Assembly (NCBI GenBank): GCA_002840565.1 | Contig: PHBK01000003.1 | Location: 47,493 to 111,492 of the forward strand | Direction of reading: 5' to 3' | Source: Deltaproteobacteria bacterium HGW-Deltaproteobacteria-12 | Lineage (GTDB): Bacteria; Desulfobacterota; Syntrophia; Syntrophales; Smithellaceae | DNA length: 64,000 nucleotides | Shown here: positions 56,453 through 64,000 of the stretch, piece by piece | How positions within the stretch are numbered: position 1 is the stretch's first letter | Layout of the letters: each line of letters begins with the position of its first letter | The notes under the pieces: generated by a model | The model's database searches: none | What the model was told of the DNA's origin: nothing | What the model saw: the letters and a program-made list of their open reading frames with translations, nothing else | Made by a program: the position numbers and the translations under genes

Positions 56453-58021
56453 ATGACAGAGGACAAGAAACTTACCAATGCACTAAGCAGAAGAAATTTT
56501 TTAAAGACAGCCGGAGGGGCCGCGGCAGTAGCTGGACTGGCAACCAGTGGTTTGGCTTTAACGCCTTGGACAGCGGAAGCGGCATGCACGACAATGCCCA
56601 AGAAGTGGGATGAGACTTATGATGTTGTGGTTATAGGCAGCGGATTTGCGGGACTTGCCGCCGCTTATGAAGCGAAAAAAGCCGGGGCGTCTGTTGTCAT
56701 TCTGGAAAAAATGCGGACACCGGGAGGAAATTCCATTATCAACGGCGGTGTCGTTTCCGCAGCCGGATCGCCGCTGCAAGAAAAAGAAGGCATCAAGGAT
56801 TCGCCGAAGCTGTTATTGAAAGATATGCTGGCAGCAGGTCTTAACCTGAACCACATCGAACTGGCCCGGATGGTGGCTAATGAGTCAAACAACACGGTCC
56901 AGTGGACCATCAGCGAACTAGGTGTCAAATACAAAGATAGAACTACACAGGAAGGCGGTCATTCTGTCCCCCGGATGTACACCACTTACAATTCGAGCGG
57001 TTCAGCCATAGTTCAGCAGCAATTGGCTAAACTTAAAGAATTAGGTTTGGAGCCGAAAACACAAAGCTGCCTGACCCAAATATACCGTGATGCTGACGGG
57101 CGGGTCAAAGGTGTGCAGATCCGTGAAAAATACGTTTTCCCGAATGCCGACAGTGGAAAGATTAAGAATATTAAAGCCAGAAAGGCTGTTGTCATGGCAT
57201 CAGGCGGTTTCGGGAACGATGTGGCGTTCCGCACGATTCAAGACCCCCGCCTGACCGATGAATTCCAAAGCACCAATCAGCCCGGTTCCACAGCGGAGGC
57301 CCTGCGTGAGGCCTTCCGCATCGGCTGTACACCCCTGCAGCTTTCCTGGATTCAGCTCGGCCCCTGGACAAGTCCGGATGAAAAAGGCATGGGAATCGGC
57401 CCGACTTTCGCCGGGGGATGCACCATGTACGGGCTTTGGATAGATCCCAGGACAGGCAAGCGTTTTGTCAATGAACTGGCCGACAGGAAGATCCGCGCCG
57501 ATGCTATCATCAATGCCGGCAATAACTGTATCGCCTTTACTGATGCCAGAGGTTACGCGATCTTTAAGCAATTTTTAGGAGAGCCTTTAATGCTGAAAAT
57601 GCAGGAAAGAGGCGTTGTTAAAAAATATGACACCCTGGAACAGATGGCGGCGGCATACAATTGTCCCGTCGAACCACTCAAAGCAACAATTGATAAATGG
57701 AATAAGGCTGTTTTAGCGGGAAAAGACGAAGAATGGGGCAGGTATTTACAGAAAGATCAGAAGCCACTCGGTGCCGGGCCCTACTATGTGTCGCGGCTCA
57801 GCCCCAAAGTACATCACTGCATGGGCGGCGTGAACATCAACGCTCAAGCGCAGGCATTGGACGTAATGACAGACAAACCTATTGCCGGACTCTATGCAGC
57901 CGGTGAAGTCACAGGCGGCGTACATGGCGCCGTCCGTCTGGGCAGCTGCGCGACGCTGGATTGTTTAATTTTCGGCCGCATCGCCGGTAAAAACGCGGCG
58001 GCAGAAAAAAAATGGAGCTGA
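56453..58021 (+). CDS. Tat-exported FAD-dependent reductase (paralogue 3)
   Basis: 'SRRNFLKTAGGAAAVAG', 'DVVVIGSGFAG', 'HHCMGG', 'VRLGS'. AAGGAGA RBS. Confidence 0.85.
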   Translation: MTEDKKLTNALSRRNFLKTAGGAAAVAGLATSGLALTPWTAEAACTTMPKKWDETYDVVVIGSGFAGLAAAYEAKKAGASVVILEKMRTPGGNSIINGGVVSAAGSPLQEKEGIKDSPKLLLKDMLAAGLNLNHIELARMVANESNNTVQWTISELGVKYKDRTTQEGGHSVPRMYTTYNSSGSAIVQQQLAKLKELGLEPKTQSCLTQIYRDADGRVKGVQIREKYVFPNADSGKIKNIKARKAVVMASGGFGNDVAFRTIQDPRLTDEFQSTNQPGSTAEALREAFRIGCTPLQLSWIQLGPWTSPDEKGMGIGPTFAGGCTMYGLWIDPRTGKRFVNELADRKIRADAIINAGNNCIAFTDARGYAIFKQFLGEPLMLKMQERGVVKKYDTLEQMAAAYNCPVEPLKATIDKWNKAVLAGKDEEWGRYLQKDQKPLGAGPYYVSRLSPKVHHCMGGVNINAQAQALDVMTDKPIAGLYAAGEVTGGVHGAVRLGSCATLDCLIFGRIAGKNAAAEKKWS

Positions 58022-58045
58022 TCGATCATTTGATTCTGTGAACTA

Positions 58046-58085
58046 AAAGAGCTCCTTCCCTGTGCGGGTTGGAGCTCTTTTTTTG
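58046..58085 (+). terminator. Bidirectional intrinsic terminator between convergent reductase and rhodanese genes
   Basis: 10-bp stem AAAGAGCTCC/GGAGCTCTTT flanked by A- and T-tracts. Confidence 0.75.
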
Positions 58086-58114
58086 ATCATCAGTTTTTAT
58101 TTGTTTTGCAAAAA

Positions 58115-59008
58115 CTAGGGCTCAAAAGGTGCGGCCGGATCCGCCAGCCATTCCATCGAGGAGCCGTCATAAACTTTCACATCTTTATATCCCAGCATAT
58201 CCGTCATAATTAATGCCCAAGATGTGCAGGTCTTACCGGTATCGCAATAAACAATGATTTCCCTGGCCAAATCGTTTCCCGCAACCTTATCGGCGAGAGC
58301 GGCCAAAACGGCTTTATCCTTGTATAAACCTTCAGGAGTATACAGAGCCCCGACAGGAAGGTTAACAGCGCCCTTGATTCGTCCCAATTTAGGTACGAAA
58401 GCAAGTTTTTCCTTTCCCTCATAAAAAGCCGGGGCGCGGGTGTCGATGATTATAGCCTTGCCCAGTTTGCTCATCACATAAGCCTTGTCCACATAAAGTT
58501 TATCGGTTATTAAAGCCTTAAATGATTTTGCCTTCGCTTTCACCATGTCTTGTGACAATGGCTTGCCTTCTTTTACCCACTGATTCTGCCCGCCATTGAG
58601 GATGGCTGCATTGGGCACTCCCAGGTACTTCAACGTCCAGGCAACGCGGCTCATGTCAAACTGATCGGGAACTTTGTCTGTTTTGCCGACGATTACGACC
58701 AGAGAATCTTTATCGATACCTGCACTCCCGATAACATCGGCAAGGTCATCAATGGGCGGCAGTTCGTTCAGCAGATAACCTTTTTTAATGGCCCATGATC
58801 CATAAAATACATTAACTGCCCCCGGAATATGGCCGGCCTTGTATTCTTCCACTTTACGCACATCCACGATGACTAAGTTTGCATTTCCCAGATTTTTTTG
58901 GAGCCAGTCCGTGGAGACAATGGGATCGATGCCTTTGGCCAGCGCTGTCAGCGGCAGAAGTAATATAATTGCAATTATTACTGATTTTAACCATCTTGCA
59001 TTTCTCAT
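58115..59008 (-). CDS. Periplasmic tandem-rhodanese sulfurtransferase
   Basis: Signal peptide 'LLLPLTALAKG'. Two rhodanese repeats. Only the second has an active-site loop, 'YCDTGKT'. Confidence 0.85.
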   Translation of the reverse strand: MRNARWLKSVIIAIILLLPLTALAKGIDPIVSTDWLQKNLGNANLVIVDVRKVEEYKAGHIPGAVNVFYGSWAIKKGYLLNELPPIDDLADVIGSAGIDKDSLVVIVGKTDKVPDQFDMSRVAWTLKYLGVPNAAILNGGQNQWVKEGKPLSQDMVKAKAKSFKALITDKLYVDKAYVMSKLGKAIIIDTRAPAFYEGKEKLAFVPKLGRIKGAVNLPVGALYTPEGLYKDKAVLAALADKVAGNDLAREIIVYCDTGKTCTSWALIMTDMLGYKDVKVYDGSSMEWLADPAAPFEP

Positions 59009-59022
59009 AGAATCCTCCTAAG

Positions 59023-60306
59023 TTATTTTTTAAGCGGTTTAATGTTGAAAATCAAGCCTTCATTGGCTTTAGAACCTCCTTCTTTGATAACCATTTCTTT
59101 ATTCAGAAAACCTTCTTTCGCCACATGGCAGGAATCACAGGAACGCGTTCTCGACGTTCGTTTTTTGATGTTGTGCACCGCTGAATCCCAATAATTGGGC
59201 AACGCGTCAAAGTTATCCATTTTTATTCCGTGCGCATCAAAAGTGTTCTTTGTAGTGGGAATAAGGCGGAGCGTGGTCAAGGTCTTTTTGTCCCGCGGAT
59301 TCAAACCCAAAATAAAACCCGGCTTTGCTTTCGATCCTGTAGTTGTGTGACAATTGGAACATTGGCGATATTCACCCGAAGAATGGCAGCCGTAACAGGT
59401 TACCTTGTCGATATGCATCTGATGGGATGTTTTAGCCGCGGGAGTCTTTTCGCTGCCCGGCTTGTGGCAGTCCCGGCAGGCCGGACGGTCTTTAACCTGA
59501 TTTTTGGACGCATAAGCCTTGCCGTCGCCGTGAAATTCCATCTTTTTGTGGCAATCCATGCATAACATGCCCTTCTGATAATGAACATCCGGCTCGCCGC
59601 CGTATTCTCCTGTGTATTCAGGGTAGACCCTGCCACCGTGGCAGGACGAACAGGTTTTGCCTTCGTGTTTTTTGACAAATTTATGGCCTGAAATCAGCCC
59701 GGTGGATATTCCGGAAACGGCTGGAGATTTAACGTGGCAATCACCGCAGGAGGCATGGCAACTGCGGCACGACTTTTCAAAGACTTTCTCATCAAATTTT
59801 TTTAAGTCTTCCTTGGAAAAACGGGGCATTACACCGTTTCTCTGGCCGGCGGTCGTGTAATGGAGAGACTTTGTGTATTTGTCGGTAATTGTTTTATGGC
59901 ACGTCGCGCAGTTGGCCATGTTGTCTGAAGGTCTTTTGACCAGATCTTTGTGCGCCTCTTCCTTTTTTAAAACCTTATCGTTTCCCTGATGACATTGGGG
60001 GCAGGAGAGGATAAAGTGCTGATCTTTTTTCAGAATATCACGATCGACAACATACCCTTTATACATTTCTTCCGCCCGGACCGGCGGAGGTGCACCCGCT
60101 CACCCTTCCTCCTCGCCCGCAGGCACAGGTAGCGGTTTATGAAGTGACTTCATCAAAGATTCATTCGTATGACATGTTACACAACTGCTGGGGGGGGCAG
60201 CAGCACTTATAGAACTGTAAAGCAGCAAAGAAATAACGATAATGAATAAACAGTAATATTTGTGCTGGCTTTTCACAAACCCTCTCCAATTTAAATTTGA
60301 ATTCAA
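59023..60306 (-). CDS. Undecahaem cytochrome c interrupted by one in-frame UGA at 60100-60102 (candidate selenocysteine codon, otherwise a pseudogene)
   Basis: ORF 60100-60306 carries the signal peptide and the first CxxCH. ORF 59023-60066 carries 10 CxxCH but no signal peptide. Both are in the same frame, separated only by TGA plus 33 nt. A SECIS-like hairpin follows the TGA. Confidence 0.5.
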
Positions 60307-60449
60307 ATTAACAAATTAGCGATGCCGTGTCAAACTTATTTACCAATTATTAAGTGAAATCGAATAGCTCAAAATTTGTGCAATTTGCCTTCGGTTTTGA
60401 TGATGGATAGGGATGGAATTAAATAAACAGAGTGTCGACTCAATTATGA

Positions 60450-60614
60450 CGATCGCGCAAAAAGTCCGTCACACCTGTTAAAACCGGTGTCCAGTTTTTG
60501 TAAGTCGTTGGGATTTCTGGATTCCGGCTTTCGTAACCTGATAACCTGAAGGTCACGCGAGGTCACAAGACCGGAATGACGATTATGAGGATTTTTCGAC
60601 TTTTTACGGCTCCG
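60450..60614. repeat. 165-bp MITE-like element flanked by a perfect 10-bp direct repeat (TCAATTATGA at 60440-60449 and 60615-60624)
   Basis: Sub-terminal inverted motifs GCAAAAAGTC (60457-60466) and GACTTTTTAC (60598-60607) each lie 7 nt from the direct repeat. The core at 60534-60574 is the reverse complement of 11999-12039. Confidence 0.7.
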
Positions 60615-60621
60615 TCAATTA

Positions 60622-60669
60622 TGAAACAGAAATTAAACAAGCGGAAGACGAATAATCTTCCGCTTGTTT
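60622..60669 (-). terminator. Intrinsic terminator after the second hexahaem cytochrome gene
   Basis: 14-bp perfect stem (60635-60648 / 60656-60669) followed on the minus strand by AATTTCTGTTT. Confidence 0.6.
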
Positions 60670-60696
60670 AACATGTTTTAATAAGTTACCGCCGCC

Positions 60697-61224
60697 TTAC
60701 GGTGTTTTAAACTCGAATTTATGACACTGCGCACAATAATTTTCCGATTTGGCGTGCTGATGGTGGCATAGATTACAATCCAGTTCTGTTCCGTAATGGG
60801 GCGACGTGTGCGGATTGGTCGGCTTCACATCTTTTGTTTTTTCCGCAAGCTTTGCCGTTGCACCATGGCAGGCAACACATTGTTCCATGGTCAGAGCTTC
60901 AGGCTTCTTGGTCTTGCCGTGGCATTTGAGGCAAGTTACATCTGCCAGTTGATGAACATGGCTGCCTGGCAATTTGCCGATCAGGTTGAGATTATCTTTT
61001 GTGTGGCAGGCCTTGCAGGCTTCCCAATTCATGGCTTTGGTATCGGGATGCTTATCCGGCAGCATCTTTGCTTTAAGATGGCAGGCGGCGCAGTCTCCGC
61101 TCTTGGCTTTGGACGGCTCCAGTTTGGGGGCAGCCCAAAGAGCCTGACCGAGTATAAACACCATGATAATGCTGAATAAAACAGCGCCCGCTTTCGTCTT
61201 TTTTTCAAACAGATGCTTTTTCAT
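60697..61224 (-). CDS. Hexahaem cytochrome c (paralogue of 50170-50724)
   Basis: Six CxxCH motifs. The C-terminal half is almost identical to the paralogue ('CHGATAKLAEKT...NPHTSPHYGTELDCNLCHHQH'). Confidence 0.85.
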   Translation of the reverse strand: MKKHLFEKKTKAGAVLFSIIMVFILGQALWAAPKLEPSKAKSGDCAACHLKAKMLPDKHPDTKAMNWEACKACHTKDNLNLIGKLPGSHVHQLADVTCLKCHGKTKKPEALTMEQCVACHGATAKLAEKTKDVKPTNPHTSPHYGTELDCNLCHHQHAKSENYCAQCHKFEFKTP

Positions 61225-61253
61225 ATCCCTCCAAAATAATTCTTTCCAAAAGC

Positions 61254-61295
61254 CGGATAACCGGGAACCCGCTCAAACAGTCTCCCGGTTATCCG
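61254..61295 (-). promoter_or_regulatory. 13-bp perfect hairpin between flavoprotein and hexahaem cytochrome genes (weak terminator/attenuator or processing site)
   Basis: CGGATAACCGGGA (61254-61266) pairs with TCCCGGTTATCCG (61283-61295). Only a short U-run (GCUUUUGG) follows on the minus strand. Confidence 0.5.
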
Positions 61296-61302
61296 AAAAA
61301 AG

Positions 61303-62856
61303 TTAACTCCAGGCCTTTTCGCCCGCGGCATTTTTGCCGGCAATACGGCCGAAGACAACGCAATCAGCCATGGCTACTCCACCCAGACGAACAGCTCCGT
61401 GGACGCCGCCGGTCACTTCGCCCGCTGCGTAAAGACCTTTAACGGGCTTTAAATCAAAACCGGTGACCTGGGCGTTTTTGTCGATAACCAATCCCCCCAT
61501 GGTATGATGAACCTTGGGCCAGAGTCTGGCGGCATAAAAAGGTGGAACTGTTGTCGGTTTCGCGTCGGGGAAAATCATACAGTCAAAGTCGGGGTCTTTC
61601 TTTTTTTCTACATAGGAGTTCCATTTGGCAATTTCATCCAGGAAAGTGGCCACCGGCATATTGTATTCTTTGGCCAGCGCTTCCAGGGTGTCGAATTTCT
61701 TAATGGCTCCTGCTTCAATGCCTTTTTGCAGCATGCTGGCCATAACCTGCTTGGTTACGGCGTAGGAATCACCCATAATGAGAACCGGCTCACCGATGGC
61801 AACGATGGCATCGGCTCTTTCTTTCCTGTTTCCCGTTTCCTTGAAAAATCTCTTACCCGTTTTGGGGTTGATCATCAGGCCGTGGCCGACCAGTCTTTCA
61901 CAGAAAAGGGGAACATAGCCGAAGCCTTTTTCATCCGGACTGGTCCAAGGACCAAGCTGAATCCAGTCCATCTGCACATCCATGGCGCCGGCACGGCACG
62001 CTGCCATCAATGCTTCTCCGGTGGCCCCGGGCTGGTTAGTGGAACCGAACCTGTCCGTAAGACGGGGATCGTGTATCTGGCGCAGCTGAAGATCCTCGGA
62101 AAAACCACCCGAACTCAGCACGACAGCTTTTTTTGCCTTGATAAAAGCTGTCTTGCCCGTGCCTTCATTGGGGAATTTATAATCCTTGCGCACTTCGACG
62201 CCGACAATCCGGCCATCCTTGTTGGACAGGAATTTTACCAGTTTGGTGCGCACCTGCAGCTTCACGCCAAGCTCCTTGGCCTTTGCCAGCATCTTGTTGA
62301 CCAGTTCGGAGCCGGAAGAGTTAACCGTTCCGTGGGTTCTCCGGACAGAGTGTCCGCCATGGAAGTTAAGTCTCGTGTACTTGGCGCCGATATAGGATTC
62401 ACTCCATTCAAAGGCATCTTTGGCGCCATAAGCAACCATTTTGGCCAGCTCGGGATGATTCAGATAAGCGCCTGCTTTAAGCATATCTTTTAACATGAGC
62501 TCAGCAGAGTCTTTAACATCTTTTTCCTCCTGCATCTTTGTTCCGGGGGCGCTAAAATCACCGCCGTTGATGATGGAGTTGCCGCCGTGAACCGGCATTT
62601 TTTCCAGGACCACAACGTTGGCCCCCGCATTTTTTGCCTCGATGGCGGCGGCGAGTCCGGCAAATCCGCTGCCGATGACGACAACATCATACGTTTCATC
62701 CCACTTCTTGGGCAGAGCCGTGCATGCCGCTTCCGCTGTCCAGGGTGTTAGAGCCATCCCGGTGGTGGCCAGACCGGCAACGGCTGCGGCCCCTCCGGCT
62801 GTTTTTAAGAAACTTCGCCTGCTGAGTGTTTTTTCTGTAGTGTCATCTTTTTTCAT
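61303..62856 (-). CDS. Tat-exported FAD-dependent reductase (paralogue 4)
   Basis: 'SRRSFLKTAGGAAAVAG', 'DVVVIGSGFAG', 'HHTMGG', 'VRLGG'. The ATG at 62856 is better spaced from the GGGAGG RBS than the track start at 62862. Confidence 0.85.
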   Translation of the reverse strand: MKKDDTTEKTLSRRSFLKTAGGAAAVAGLATTGMALTPWTAEAACTALPKKWDETYDVVVIGSGFAGLAAAIEAKNAGANVVVLEKMPVHGGNSIINGGDFSAPGTKMQEEKDVKDSAELMLKDMLKAGAYLNHPELAKMVAYGAKDAFEWSESYIGAKYTRLNFHGGHSVRRTHGTVNSSGSELVNKMLAKAKELGVKLQVRTKLVKFLSNKDGRIVGVEVRKDYKFPNEGTGKTAFIKAKKAVVLSSGGFSEDLQLRQIHDPRLTDRFGSTNQPGATGEALMAACRAGAMDVQMDWIQLGPWTSPDEKGFGYVPLFCERLVGHGLMINPKTGKRFFKETGNRKERADAIVAIGEPVLIMGDSYAVTKQVMASMLQKGIEAGAIKKFDTLEALAKEYNMPVATFLDEIAKWNSYVEKKKDPDFDCMIFPDAKPTTVPPFYAARLWPKVHHTMGGLVIDKNAQVTGFDLKPVKGLYAAGEVTGGVHGAVRLGGVAMADCVVFGRIAGKNAAGEKAWS

Positions 62857-63197
62857 ATTCATCCTCCCATATGTTTAGATTTTTTAAAAAAAATATCTGA
62901 AGACCTAAGAAAGTTAAGACTGGACGCCGATTCTTTTTTGAACATAGAAAACAAAAACTTATGATAATGGTGGACGATAAAAAAATAATCGCTTTCTTTG
63001 CTGCTCTATATACACCTCCACAATAATCCCTGTCAACGGCAATTCTCCAGACAGAAAAACACTCTTCTGGTTGTTGAAGTAATCTATATTAATATTAACT
63101 ATTTATGTTCTTTAAAGATAAGCTAGTGTCCTGAGTTATAAATACATTGACAAATAATATTATTTCTGTAATATGTTGGGGAAAAAGGAGAATCGAC

Positions 63198-64000
63198 ATG
63201 AGTCGTCCACTTGCTCCCCTCACAGTGACCGCAGAAGAAAGAGAAACCCTGCTGCGGTGGGCACGAAGGCCTAAAACAGCACAAGCCCTTGCCTGCAGGG
63301 CGAGGATCGTTCTTGCCTGTGCAGACGGCAAAACGAACGGTGACGCAGCACAGATTCTTCACATCACGCGACAGACGATTGGCAAGTGGCGTAGTCGCTT
63401 CGTCTTGAATCGTCTTGACGGCTTGCTGGATGAACCTAGACCAGGTGCCCCGAGAGCAATCAGTGATGAGGATGTTGAGCGCGTTATCACCATGACGTTG
63501 GAATCGTCCCCGAAAGATGCGACGCACTGGAGTACCCGTTCGATGGCGGCGGCATCTGGCCTGAGCCAGAGTGCGATAAGTCGCATTTGGCGTGCCTTTG
63601 CTTTGCAGCCCCACCGTTCCGAAACCTTCAAGCTTTCTACAGATCCGCTTTTTGTTGAGAAGGTCCGGGATATCGTGGGTTTGTATCTCAATCCGCCTGA
63701 GCGTGCTCTGGTCTTGTGCGTTGATGAGAAGTCTCAGATTCAGGCGTTGGATCGCACCCAGCCTATTCTCCCGATGCGGCCCGGGCAGATAGAACGACGC
63801 ACCCATGACTACAGCCGACATGGTACGACGTCCCTGTTTGCCGCTCTGGATGTGAAAACCGGCGAGGTAATCGGACAATGCCATCGGAGACATCGGTCCG
63901 TCGAGTTTCGGAAGTTCTTGGATAAGATCGACGATGCTGTCCCTGAATCGTTGGATGTCCACCTGATCTTGGACAACTACGGCACTCACAAGACATCTGC
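63198..64000 (+). mobile_element. IS630-family transposase gene, 5' part (runs off the window; absent from the ORF track)
   Basis: Hand translation from the ATG at 63198 (AAGGAG RBS) gives [68 protein letters not shown]...DEPRPGAPR...HWSTRS...[12 protein letters not shown]...[19 protein letters not shown]...LDNYGTHKT. This is the typical IS630/Tc1-mariner-like HTH plus DDE layout. Confidence 0.85.

Noticed and set aside
60067-60099. Treating 60100-60306 and 59023-60066 as two independent genes (a small monohaem cytochrome plus a decahaem cytochrome)
   Set aside because: The second ORF has no signal peptide or RBS-like purine run in the 33-nt spacer, and it is in the same frame as the first. 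A cytoplasmic decahaem apoprotein could not be matured. Read-through (Sec) or a pseudogene is more coherent.
61504-62493. 329-aa plus-strand ORF. The same applies to 52784-53623, 53714-54349, 51387-51896 and 52044-52538.
   Set aside because: All lie antisense to flavoprotein genes that have strong FAD motifs. Long shadow ORFs are expected opposite GC-rich codon-biased genes.
63123-63989. 288-aa minus-strand ORF
   Set aside because: It is antisense to a clearly recognisable IS630 transposase reading frame. It has no motifs or RBS, and its composition is typical of a shadow ORF.

Overview
The window looks like a chromosomal segment from an anaerobic Gram-negative bacterium. The gene content suggests Desulfobacterota, but that is inference only. 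It divides into five blocks.

(1) 1-9.1 kb, plus strand: an O-antigen or polysaccharide locus. It has an RmlD-like reductase, a non-hydrolysing 2-epimerase, a GT4, an epimerase, a PglC-like initiating transferase and a WbpM/CapD dehydratase. Two small selfish modules interrupt it: a four-helix-bundle '23S rRNA IVS protein' gene wrapped in GTTTTAAG-type repeats, and a vapBC pair.

(2) 9.1-27.8 kb, minus strand: an almost gap-free envelope supra-operon. The order is lysS, lolCE, lolD, bamA, skp, lpxD, lpxA, gnnA-like, gnnB-like, lpxB, msbA, lpxK, lpxL-like, waaF, gmhB, waaC-like, trm112.

(3) 28-41 kb: housekeeping genes. These are ssb, fdhE, nth, gap, tpiA, secG, tRNA-Leu(GAG), a GGDEF protein, RNase D-like, a TonB receptor behind a cobalamin riboswitch with a FecCD/FecE-type ABC importer, DUF374, a PaaI thioesterase, and a Tat-signal flavodoxin/ferredoxin fusion.

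(4) 41.5-44 kb: a visibly AT-rich islet carrying an AbiEi-like/AbiEii-like (type IV TA, abortive-infection type) pair behind a TGAACA-repeat operator region.

(5) 44.7-62.9 kb: the most unusual part, a periplasmic electron-transfer island.
- Cytochrome c maturation genes ccsA/resB.
- A 12-haem cytochrome, an NrfC-like FeS protein and an NrfD-like membrane subunit.
- Two hexahaem cytochromes plus a truncated third copy.
- Four paralogous FAD flavoproteins of the flavocytochrome-c/fumarate-reductase superfamily (three Tat-exported, one cytoplasmic). All four lack the HPT and RGxGG fumarate-binding motifs.
- A PAS-LuxR regulator and a periplasmic tandem rhodanese.
- An 11-haem cytochrome gene interrupted by a single in-frame UGA, followed by a SECIS-like hairpin. 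This is a candidate selenocysteine site, or else a pseudogene.

The window ends in a partial IS630-family transposase that the ORF track missed because it runs off the end. I also saw several MITE/REP-like intergenic elements and a heptamer microsatellite. All functional calls come from reading motifs in the translations. No database search was possible.
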